Source: an uncultured Clostridia bacterium (GTDB taxonomy: Bacteria > Bacillota > Clostridia > TANB77 > CAG-508). Taken from it: a DNA stretch of 64,000 nucleotides. The position numbers and the translations under genes were made by a program. The stretch's first letter is position 1, and every line of letters begins with the position of its first letter. Of the stretch, positions 29,760 through 37,766 are shown in pieces. Location of the stretch: NCBI GenBank assembly GCA_944387445.1, contig CALXEX010000006.1:4884-68883 (forward strand), written 5' to 3'. The notes beneath the pieces were generated by a model, which was given only the letters and a program-made list of their open reading frames with translations, did no database searches and was not told where the DNA came from.

Positions 29760-31280
29760 CTTTACTAAATAGTCCTTACCATCCTTCGTTCAATGTATAA
29801 AGATAAAGTGACATGGCATTACTGCTATACTACTGGCTCATTTAAGGCCTTACGGAGGATTCCTCCCTCATGCCACTTTTATCTAGCTAAATTAATATAT
29901 ATTTATGCTACCTTTAGTTGTCCTAATCTTTCTTGGGTAAATACCCTTGTAGCCTTGTATTCTTCATTTTTTATTACTACTGCATATATTATCTGTAATA
30001 TTTTTCCTATTACTGCTACTATTGCTTGTTTCTTCTTTAATTGATTTTCTTTTCTAGTTATTAAATATTTGTATAACTCTTTTATTTCTTCATTCTTATT
30101 TATCATTGTAAATGCCATTCTATACAATATACTTCTTAACAGACTTCTTCCTCTTTTTGATATCGTTGTCTTTCCTTTATGATTACCTGAACTGTTTTCT
30201 ATCAGATTTAATCCTGCATATCTTCTTATTTGTTCATAACTATCAAACCTATTAACATCTCCAACTTCTCCTACAAACATTGCTGCACTCACTATTCCAA
30301 TTCCTTGTATACTTATCAAACTTTCATAAAATCCTGTTTCTTTTAATTGTTTCTCTAGTTCTTGTTCTGCCATTTTTATTTGCTTTTCTATCAACTTTGC
30401 TTCTTCTATATACATGTTTAATTGGAATGTTGCTCCTTTTATTCCTTCTGTTGTACCTATGCTTTCTTCTGCCATTTCATATATCTTTTCTACTTGCTTT
30501 TTACTATATCCTCTTTTGACTGTCTCTCTTATATGTTTTAGTAGTTCTTTTTTCCCTAAGCCTTTTATATCTTCAGGAAATGGACATCTTTTTAATATTT
30601 CTTCTGATGTTCTACTTAATACGTTCTTAAATACTTTCGTATATTCTGGAAAGTATTCATCTATTGTTGCTAGTAATCTACATTTTACTGCATTTTGCTT
30701 TCTTACTAATTCCGCTCTTGTATTTGATAGGTTTCTTAAATCTGCCCATATTCCTTCTGGTAAATATGGTTCAAAAAACCTTGCATCTTTTATTAATCTT
30801 GCTATTGTCATACAATCTTTCTTATCATTTTTTGTCTGACAATTGTCATCAAATTCCTTTGCATTTTTTACATGATATGGATTTACTGTTACGACTTTTA
30901 TCCACTCTATTTTCTTTAGATATCTTGCACATGATTTCCAGTAATGTCCTGTTGGCTCCATTCCTATTATTGCTTTTTTGAAATTTAACATTGTTAATAC
31001 ATTTTTTACTGTTTCTACTAGACTTTGAAATCCTTTTTTTGTTATTATTAAAAGAGAAAGACTTTTTTATTTCTTTCCCATTTGGTAGGATGATTCCTGC
31101 CCAATGTACATTTTTTGCTATGTCTATTCCTACGATTGCATCTGTGTTTTCAATAGCATCAAATTTTAAATTTTGTGATTTCGTCATTATTTTTACCTCC
31201 AATATATTAATTTCATAGACTTTTGAATTGCTTCGTCTATATTGAAATTATATATTAGGGGGTATTTTGTTGTCAAAGTT
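29760..31280 (-). mobile_element. IS110-family insertion sequence (ends not determined)
   Basis: Contains the transposase below and an internal TTGACA-18-TATAAT promoter on the minus strand (about 31248-31276). A relatively GC-rich non-coding tail follows the stop. The boundaries given are approximate. Confidence 0.7.
29903..31187 (-). pseudogene. IS110-family transposase (DEDD N-domain plus transposase_20-type C-domain), frameshifted in an A7 run
   Basis: The N-terminal frame reads MTKSQN...AIVGIDIAKNVHWA...SFSFNNNKK, then goes out of frame. The other frame continues GFQSLVETVKNVLTMLNFKKAIIGMEPTGHYW...IQGIGIVSAAMFVGEVGDVNRF...GKTTISKRG. The junction is the homopolymer at 31034-31040. Confidence 0.8.
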
Positions 31281-31445
31281 CATTTTTCATTTATTACAGG
31301 ATGCTCTTATAAAATTTTAAGTACGAAATTATATCAATTTTACAATATAATATATTTGAACACATGGTAAAATATTTGTAGAATTATGGTATTTTATGGA
31401 GAAATATGGTAACATTATGAAAAAAAGAAGAAAGGGTGTGTACAT

Positions 31446-32234
31446 ATGACAACAAAATCTATGAAGATACTAATAATAGAAGATGATGTGAATGATTGTA
31501 ACAATTTTATAAATAGTGTAAAACATAGAGATGATGTAGAAATTATTGCAATCACAGATTCAGATGTAGAAGGACTAAAATATGCAAAATTAAAACAACC
31601 AGAAGGTATTATATTAGATTTAGAATTAAATAACAGTATGACAGGAAATGCAGATGCTTTGGGATTTTTGTCAGAACTAAAGAAGTTGAATTTAGATTAT
31701 GAACCAATTATTGTTGTAACGACACATATCCATTCAAAAAGAATATATGATATGGTTCATAGAAATGGTGCAGACATCATATTATATAAGAATCATCCAA
31801 GATATTCGGCGGATTATGTTTTGAATAAAATGTTAAGTCTAAGAGAAGTAACACCACAAAAAACAATAGAAACATTAAGAGAGGAACTAGAAGATAATAG
31901 GAAAAAGATATCATATTGTATTGCTAGAGAATTAGACTTAATTGGAATACCTGCGAAAATGACTGGTAGAAAATATATACATGACGCGATCTTATATTTG
32001 ATTGAGAATAAAGGAGACAATATCAATGTAATTAGACATTTAACAAACATATATAAGAAATCTGGAAATACAATTACAAATGGTATTCAAAATGCCATTA
32101 TGCATGCTTGGAATAATACACCTGTAGATGATTTGTTAGAATATTACAGAGCAAGAGTGAGTCCAGAAACTGGTGTGCCAACACCAATGGAATTTATATA
32201 TTATTATGTAGATAAAATTGAAAGAGAAATCTAA
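31446..32234 (+). CDS. Response regulator with a Spo0A_C-like DNA-binding domain (Spo0A paralogue, not canonical Spo0A)
   Basis: Receiver domain: KILIIEDDVNDC...GIILDLELN. The C-terminus aligns by eye to B. subtilis Spo0A. LDLIGIPAKMTGRKYIHDAI matches [20 protein letters not shown], and NTITNGIQNAIMHAWN matches TTASRVERAIRHAIEVAW. VPTPMEFIYYYVDKI matches KPTNSEFIAMVADKL. Confidence 0.8.
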   Translation: MTTKSMKILIIEDDVNDCNNFINSVKHRDDVEIIAITDSDVEGLKYAKLKQPEGIILDLELNNSMTGNADALGFLSELKKLNLDYEPIIVVTTHIHSKRIYDMVHRNGADIILYKNHPRYSADYVLNKMLSLREVTPQKTIETLREELEDNRKKISYCIARELDLIGIPAKMTGRKYIHDAILYLIENKGDNINVIRHLTNIYKKSGNTITNGIQNAIMHAWNNTPVDDLLEYYRARVSPETGVPTPMEFIYYYVDKIEREI

Positions 32235-32279
32235 TATATAAAAATAGTATCATACATAAAATAAAAAATGTATTGCAAA

Positions 32280-32335
32280 ATCTCTGATTGTATTGTAAAA
32301 TAATGGAAAATACAATTAGAGATACTTTTTATTTA
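32280..32335 (+). terminator. Intrinsic terminator after the regulator gene
   Basis: 15-bp stem atctctgattgtatt / aatacaattagagat with one G-U pair, followed by actttttattt. Confidence 0.6.
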
Positions 32336-32700
32336 TAAAAATTTCATTTGTTTTCTAATGTAATATGTATAATTTTGATATCTGAAATTTAAAGTCAAGT
32401 TGTTTTGGTTACAAATATTTAAGTTTTTTTAATAGATTTATAAAGATAAATATTCAAAGTAATACTTTTGAAAAGAGATGTTTTTTGATTTTCACTAATA
32501 TTCAATATTTTCAATTATATAAATTTATAAATTAATCTTTTATTCTATAATTTATGCGTTAAAAAATCCAAATATTTCCAATTTATTTACCCTATATGAT
32601 ACTGATGAAAAGTATTTCGAACGTATTTTATAAATAAAAAATCAAAAAAACTTTATTGAATCCAATAGAGAAATTTGATAGAATGAAAGGAGAAATTTAC

Positions 32701-33609
32701 TTGAACAATTTAAAAAACGTAAAAGAAGTAGAAATGCTACCATTATCCAATGATTATGTCTTTAAAAGAATTTTTGGAAAGGGTGGAAATGAGAAAATTT
32801 TAAAAAGTCTTTTAGAGGCAATATTAAAAATCCATATACAAAAGATTGAAGTAAAAAATCCAGAAATTCCAAAAGAAACAATAGATGAAAAATTAAGCAT
32901 ATTAGATATCAGAGCAGAAATTAATGAAAACACAATTATTGATATAGAAATGCAAGTAGGAAACACAACGGCAATTGATAGACGTTTGGTTGTATATAAT
33001 GCAAAATTAATAGCTGGAGATATCAAAATATCAGAAGAATATAAAAATGTAAAGGACACAATTGTTATTTGTATATTAAATGATGCTATTATAGAAAGAA
33101 ATGCATATTTAAGTTTAGCAATGTTAAAATATGAAAAGACAGAAGATATCAGATATGTAGATATGGGATATGAACAAGAAGAACAATATTTAACAAAAAT
33201 GACTAAATATTATATTATTGAATTACCGAAGTTTAAGAAAAAGAAACCAAAAGTAGCAGATTTACTAGAAAAATGGTTGTATGTAATTGGGGGTGATCAA
33301 AAAATGATAGAAGAATGTAAAAATGATAATGAAGAAATCAAAGAAGCAGTTAAACAATTAAAAGAAATGAGTGCAGATGAATACGAAAGAGAATTATATG
33401 AAATTAGAGAAAGAAGTAGATTAACATATAATACAGAAATGAATGAAGCACGAAGAAAAGGAATAGAGGAAGGAGAAAAGAGGGGAGAGAAAAGAGGCGA
33501 AAAACGAGAAAAAGAAAAAATTGCTAAGAAAATGAAAGAAGAAGGATTAGATATAGAATTAATTAAAAAAATAACAACTCTGACAGAGAAAGAAATTAAT
33601 TTATTATAA
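32701..33609 (+). CDS. Rpn-family recombination-promoting nuclease / putative transposase (PDDEXK_2, YhgA-like)
   Basis: LSNDYVFKRIFGKGGNEKILKSLLEAIL...LSILDIRAEINENTIIDIEMQV, then a Lys/Glu-rich C-terminal tail. TTG at 32701 (aaaggag upstream) preferred; the start is uncertain. Confidence 0.8.
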   Translation: MNNLKNVKEVEMLPLSNDYVFKRIFGKGGNEKILKSLLEAILKIHIQKIEVKNPEIPKETIDEKLSILDIRAEINENTIIDIEMQVGNTTAIDRRLVVYNAKLIAGDIKISEEYKNVKDTIVICILNDAIIERNAYLSLAMLKYEKTEDIRYVDMGYEQEEQYLTKMTKYYIIELPKFKKKKPKVADLLEKWLYVIGGDQKMIEECKNDNEEIKEAVKQLKEMSADEYERELYEIRERSRLTYNTEMNEARRKGIEEGEKRGEKRGEKREKEKIAKKMKEEGLDIELIKKITTLTEKEINLL

Positions 33610-33871
33610 TGTATAAAATACTTATACATTATAATACCAATAAGAGATAAAATTTAAAGAGAAATATGGAAAATAAAGCTAGAATGAACATATCATAGGT
33701 ATTGAACGAGATGTTTGATATTTATGATGTGTTTTTTTTTATTTTCGACAAATTTATACCATTTTTTTTCACCAGGAGTTACCGTCTTTTTTTCGGTTGA
33801 AGATGGTAATTTTTTATTTGTAGAAAGCAATAAAGCTTCTATAAATACGAAAGAAAAAGGTGGTGATAAGT

Positions 33872-33922
33872 ATGTTAGATTGGTTTGATGCTTTTTGGAA
33901 ATGGGTTAGTTATTGGGTATAA
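33872..33922 (+). CDS. Candidate 16-aa Trp-rich peptide (MLDWFDAFWKWVSYWV)
   Basis: ATG preceded by aaaggtggtga. Located about 100 nt upstream of the AgrC-like kinase gene. Too short for coding statistics. Confidence 0.25.
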   Translation: MLDWFDAFWKWVSYWV

Positions 33923-34024
33923 ATTACTATTAAACAATCAATATAAAGGTAATTGATAAGAGAAAAAACTTATTGATTATCTTTTTTTCTTTTTATATAA
34001 TAATATAAAAAAGGAAATTTAAGT

Positions 34025-35506
34025 ATGGAATTTATAATGGGATTAACAGAAATAGAAAATGTTGTAGATATCATAAAAATAGCATTGATTTGTATGTGTA
34101 CATATTATATTAATTTTAAAATCATAAATAAGAATATAACAACAACATTAAAAAATACAATATTCAATATAATAGGTATAATTTTAGTGGCAATAATATG
34201 TAGAATTGTAAAAAATATATTAGGATTCTCATATAATATGATGTTTATGATTTTGTTGACTAGTATATTGTTTGCATTAAATACAAAATATTCATTCACT
34301 TATTCACTATTAATAACAATTATTTCTTTAAGCATTAACTATATTATTTTCTTAATTACAATGCTAATTAGTTTTATACTTATAGTAATCTTTAAAATTG
34401 AAAGTGTTTATATAGGATTGGTTTTCATAATTATAGCTTATATAATATTAGTTTATGTGTTTAGTAAAATAAAGAGATTTAAAAAAGGTTTTTCTTTTTT
34501 ACAAAGAAATATGAAAAATGAATATATAGATGTTTTAATTTTAGATATTAGTATAATTCTAATTTTTTGTATTATAATTATTTCAAACTATGATAAACTA
34601 ATAACAAGAAGAACAGGTGTAGGTTTTATCATCTTCTCCATCATCATGTTCATCACCATCCAAAAATCCTTACAGCTATACTACAAACAAAAACTACAAG
34701 AAAGAGAAGTAGAAGGCATCAAAGAAGAACTAAAACAAAAGAACAAAGAAATTGAAGAATTAGAAAAAGAAAATCTAAAACTCAATAAAAAGAATCACTC
34801 AATAGCACACAAGCAAAAATCATTAGAATATGAACTAAAACAAATAGCACTAAACAATCAGATAGAAGATGAAAAACATGTAAAAGATAAAATAGAAAAT
34901 TTATCGAAAGAAATGCAAAATGAAACAATTAGTATAGAACTAAGCAAAACGAGTATCAATGAAATTGATAATATGTTCAAATATATGCAATCAGAATGTA
35001 TAAAAAATAAAATAGATTTTCAATTACAAATAAATGGAAATATTCATCATATGGTAAATAAGCACATTGGAAAAGAAGAATTGGAAATCTTAATTGCAGA
35101 TATGATAAAAAATGCAATCATAGCCATTAACCATTCTAAAAATATCAATAAAAGTATTTTAGTAAGATTAGGATTGATCAATGGTGAATATAGTTTATAT
35201 ATTTATGATTCTGGCATAGAATTTGAAATAGACACATTAATAAATCTGGGAATAAAACCAAGTACAACACATGCCAATGATGGTGGTACAGGAATGGGGT
35301 TATTGAATACGTTTGATACATTAAAGAAGCATAAAGCAAGTTTGGTTATTGAAGAATATGGAAAACCTGTAGAAGATAATTTTACAAAGGTAATAAAGAT
35401 TATTTTTGATAAAGAAAATAGATATAAGATATCTTCGTATCGCGAAGAAGAAATTAGAGAAAGAGATATTGAAAAACGAATAGAAATAGGATTATTACAG
35501 CTATAA
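34025..35506 (+). CDS. Multi-pass membrane histidine kinase of the AgrC/GHKL (HPK10-like) type
   Basis: 493 aa. About 6-7 N-terminal TM helices, a coiled-coil (EELKQKNKEIEELEKENLKLNKKNHSIAHKQ) and ATPase motifs NAIIAINHS, DSGIEFE and DGGTGMGLLN. Confidence 0.75.
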   Translation: MEFIMGLTEIENVVDIIKIALICMCTYYINFKIINKNITTTLKNTIFNIIGIILVAIICRIVKNILGFSYNMMFMILLTSILFALNTKYSFTYSLLITIISLSINYIIFLITMLISFILIVIFKIESVYIGLVFIIIAYIILVYVFSKIKRFKKGFSFLQRNMKNEYIDVLILDISIILIFCIIIISNYDKLITRRTGVGFIIFSIIMFITIQKSLQLYYKQKLQEREVEGIKEELKQKNKEIEELEKENLKLNKKNHSIAHKQKSLEYELKQIALNNQIEDEKHVKDKIENLSKEMQNETISIELSKTSINEIDNMFKYMQSECIKNKIDFQLQINGNIHHMVNKHIGKEELEILIADMIKNAIIAINHSKNINKSILVRLGLINGEYSLYIYDSGIEFEIDTLINLGIKPSTTHANDGGTGMGLLNTFDTLKKHKASLVIEEYGKPVEDNFTKVIKIIFDKENRYKISSYREEEIRERDIEKRIEIGLLQL

Positions 35507-35597
35507 TACAGTTATGTTAAATTTTGATAACAATATTGTAACGACATAATTTGTTTGTTATACTTAAAATGTAAAAATGAAAGAAGAGGGTGTTATC

Positions 35598-36659
35598 ATG
35601 AATGATGAAAACAAACGACCAAGTATAAAAGGTATAAAAAACGGAGTTAAAGATAGATTTACTAGTATGGTAAAGTTAGCTCAAATATGGAAGTTACAAC
35701 ATCAACCAACTCGAAAAGCAGGAGTGGGTGAAAAAATAACAATTTTAGATTCTAATTCCTATGTAATGAATAAAGAAAAAGGAAAAGGATATGCATATTT
35801 TGAAGGTTTACCTAAAGATACACAACCAGTAGTAGGTTTTTATATAAAAAAGACACAGGAAAATACAGAAGAGCAACAACAAAAAAAAGGAAATAAATTA
35901 ATACTTGTTCCAATTGTGATATTATTAGGAGCAGGAGCCTTATCAATGAAAGGATGTACTGCTGAAGAAACAGTTGTAGAGAAAAAGGAAGTGCCTATAG
36001 AAGTTACTATTTATGATATAGAAAATCCTTCAGTATCTGCATGGGGATTGGAAGGACAATCTGCACAAGAAGGAAAATATGTAAATGAAATGCAGGGGCA
36101 AGGAAGTAATGGAAAGTATTATGATTCGGATGAAGTTTATCAGAATGAATACGATGCAGCTAAAAATAGTAAAGAGTATGAAAAATATCAAGAACAAGTA
36201 AAGGAAGGATTGAAAGATTTAAAAGGAAAAGAAGCCACTACAGTAGAACTAGCAGATATACAAGAAAATATAGAGAATATGGATGAAATTTATGCTCAAA
36301 AGGAATCAGTAGTACAAGAAAATTATGATAAATTCATGGAAGATGTAGATATGTATCCAGATGGAAATACACAGATAGAAAAAGAGACAGCTGGAAATAT
36401 TTTAGAAAGTTTTGATGAAAGCCAAGAATTAATTCAAGAAAACCAAAAAGCAATAGAAGATTTGATAGATAAAGCGAAAGAAGGAACTGTAAATATTCAT
36501 GAAATAAAAGAAGAGAAGGATGGAGATATAACAATAACAGGAGAACAGATAGTAGAAATGGTAAAAAAAGAAAAAGTTAGTGGGATTAAAGCAGCATTTC
36601 AAAATATGCAGAACTTCTTCAAAGGACTATTTAAAGAAAATACAAATGATCAAAGATAA
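35598..36659 (+). CDS. Membrane-anchored acidic protein, function unknown
   Basis: One TM (LILVPIVILLGAGALS) about 115 aa in, followed by a Glu/Lys-rich extracytoplasmic part. ATG at 35598 has gaggg upstream. Confidence 0.55.
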   Translation: MNDENKRPSIKGIKNGVKDRFTSMVKLAQIWKLQHQPTRKAGVGEKITILDSNSYVMNKEKGKGYAYFEGLPKDTQPVVGFYIKKTQENTEEQQQKKGNKLILVPIVILLGAGALSMKGCTAEETVVEKKEVPIEVTIYDIENPSVSAWGLEGQSAQEGKYVNEMQGQGSNGKYYDSDEVYQNEYDAAKNSKEYEKYQEQVKEGLKDLKGKEATTVELADIQENIENMDEIYAQKESVVQENYDKFMEDVDMYPDGNTQIEKETAGNILESFDESQELIQENQKAIEDLIDKAKEGTVNIHEIKEEKDGDITITGEQIVEMVKKEKVSGIKAAFQNMQNFFKGLFKENTNDQR

Positions 36660-36686
36660 ATTTCTGTAAAGAAAGGAAAATAGAAA

Positions 36687-37166
36687 ATGGATAATTATTG
36701 CAATGTGTTAACAGAAACGAATGAAATATTAAATTATTTCGATAAAACCATATTGGAAAAAATACCTCAAAAATTAAGGCAAAAAATAAGAGAAAGTAAG
36801 AATGATGCATATAAATTTAAGTATGATAAAAGTAAAACATTAGTAGAACAGAATATTATGCCAGAAACAAAAGATTTAATTAGTGCTATATATTTAATGT
36901 ATTGTTGTGACGGAGAAAAAAGACAACAATTGATGGACATATGTAAAGAAAATGAGAGAAAAACAATGGAATATCTTAATCAAAGCTATGATATTTCTGA
37001 ATTATTCAAAAAAACAAAAGAGGTTGTAAAAGAAAATACAGAAGAGAATATAGAGAGTACAGATAATGTAGTAAATAATAAAATTGCAATTATAGAAGAA
37101 GAAAATTGGTATAATAAGCTTTATACAAAAATAAAATCTTTTTTCAATAGAATTTTTGGAAAATAA
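36687..37166 (+). CDS. Hypothetical protein
   Basis: 159-aa ORF with an RBS, co-directional with its neighbours. No family recognised. Confidence 0.5.
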   Translation: MDNYCNVLTETNEILNYFDKTILEKIPQKLRQKIRESKNDAYKFKYDKSKTLVEQNIMPETKDLISAIYLMYCCDGEKRQQLMDICKENERKTMEYLNQSYDISELFKKTKEVVKENTEENIESTDNVVNNKIAIIEEENWYNKLYTKIKSFFNRIFGK

Positions 37167-37186
37167 TTTGAAAGGAGTTTGGTAAT

Positions 37187-37459
37187 ATGCAAAATAGTTT
37201 CAAGAAAGGAACAGTTGTCAAATTAGATCAAAATGCACAAGAAAACTATATTGTTGTAGAAAGTATGGACAAAGATAATAAAGAATATATTCTTTTAACA
37301 ACATGTGAAGGAGATATAGATTTAGAAAATAAAGTAATGAAAAATATGAAAATTGATTTTTCAAAACTATTTATGGTTTGTTATGATAAAGAAAATAATA
37401 CTTTTTCATATGATAGCAACCAAGAAATTATAAGCAGTTTAATAAAAAAATTATTTTAA
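37187..37459 (+). CDS. Hypothetical protein
   Basis: 90-aa ORF with aaaggag upstream. No family recognised. Confidence 0.5.
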   Translation: MQNSFKKGTVVKLDQNAQENYIVVESMDKDNKEYILLTTCEGDIDLENKVMKNMKIDFSKLFMVCYDKENNTFSYDSNQEIISSLIKKLF

Positions 37460-37504
37460 ATGTCGCATAGGGAGCAGATCCTTATGCGACATTTTCGTTT
37501 TAAT
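37458..37504 (+). terminator. Terminator hairpin built from the ATGTCGCA palindrome
   Basis: aaatgtcgcata / tatgcgacattt stem, 13-nt loop, then ttttcgtttt. Starts at the stop codon of the 90-aa gene. Confidence 0.6.
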
Positions 37505-37688
37505 AAAAAATGTCGCAAACAAATGTCGCAAACAAAAACGATCCCAATGCGACATTCCGTAGAAAAGGGAGAATAGTTATAAAAAAATGTAAAGAAAATG
37601 TAACAGAAAATTAATATAGTAAAGAAACGTGAAAACCATATTTTCCGTAATAAAGACAAGATAAGCCAAAATTTGACAGCGTTCGACA
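37461..37688. promoter_or_regulatory. Cluster of TGTCGCA boxes (0A-box-like) upstream of the giant gene
   Basis: TGTCGCA on the + strand at 37461, 37511 and 37524. Its complement TGCGACA at 37485 and 37548. An exact TGTCGAA (as ttcgaca) at 37682-37688, next to a TTGACA at 37673-37678. Confidence 0.4.
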
Positions 37689-37766
37689 TATTTACTTGGA
37701 GACTCTAGTATATTAAAATAATATATATATAATACAACACAAGGAAAAAGGAGTCGATAAGTAAAC

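Noticed and set aside
31034-31040. Programmed -1 ribosomal frameshift on the A-run of the transposase
   Set aside because: Restoring the frame needs a +1 (or -2) shift, not -1. I see no downstream stimulatory structure, and this mechanism is not typical of IS110-family elements. An indel or sequencing error is simpler.
29793-31218. Several plus-strand ORFs (83-141 aa) over the IS110 element
   Set aside because: They are antisense to the recognisable transposase and are Leu/Phe-rich with no motifs.
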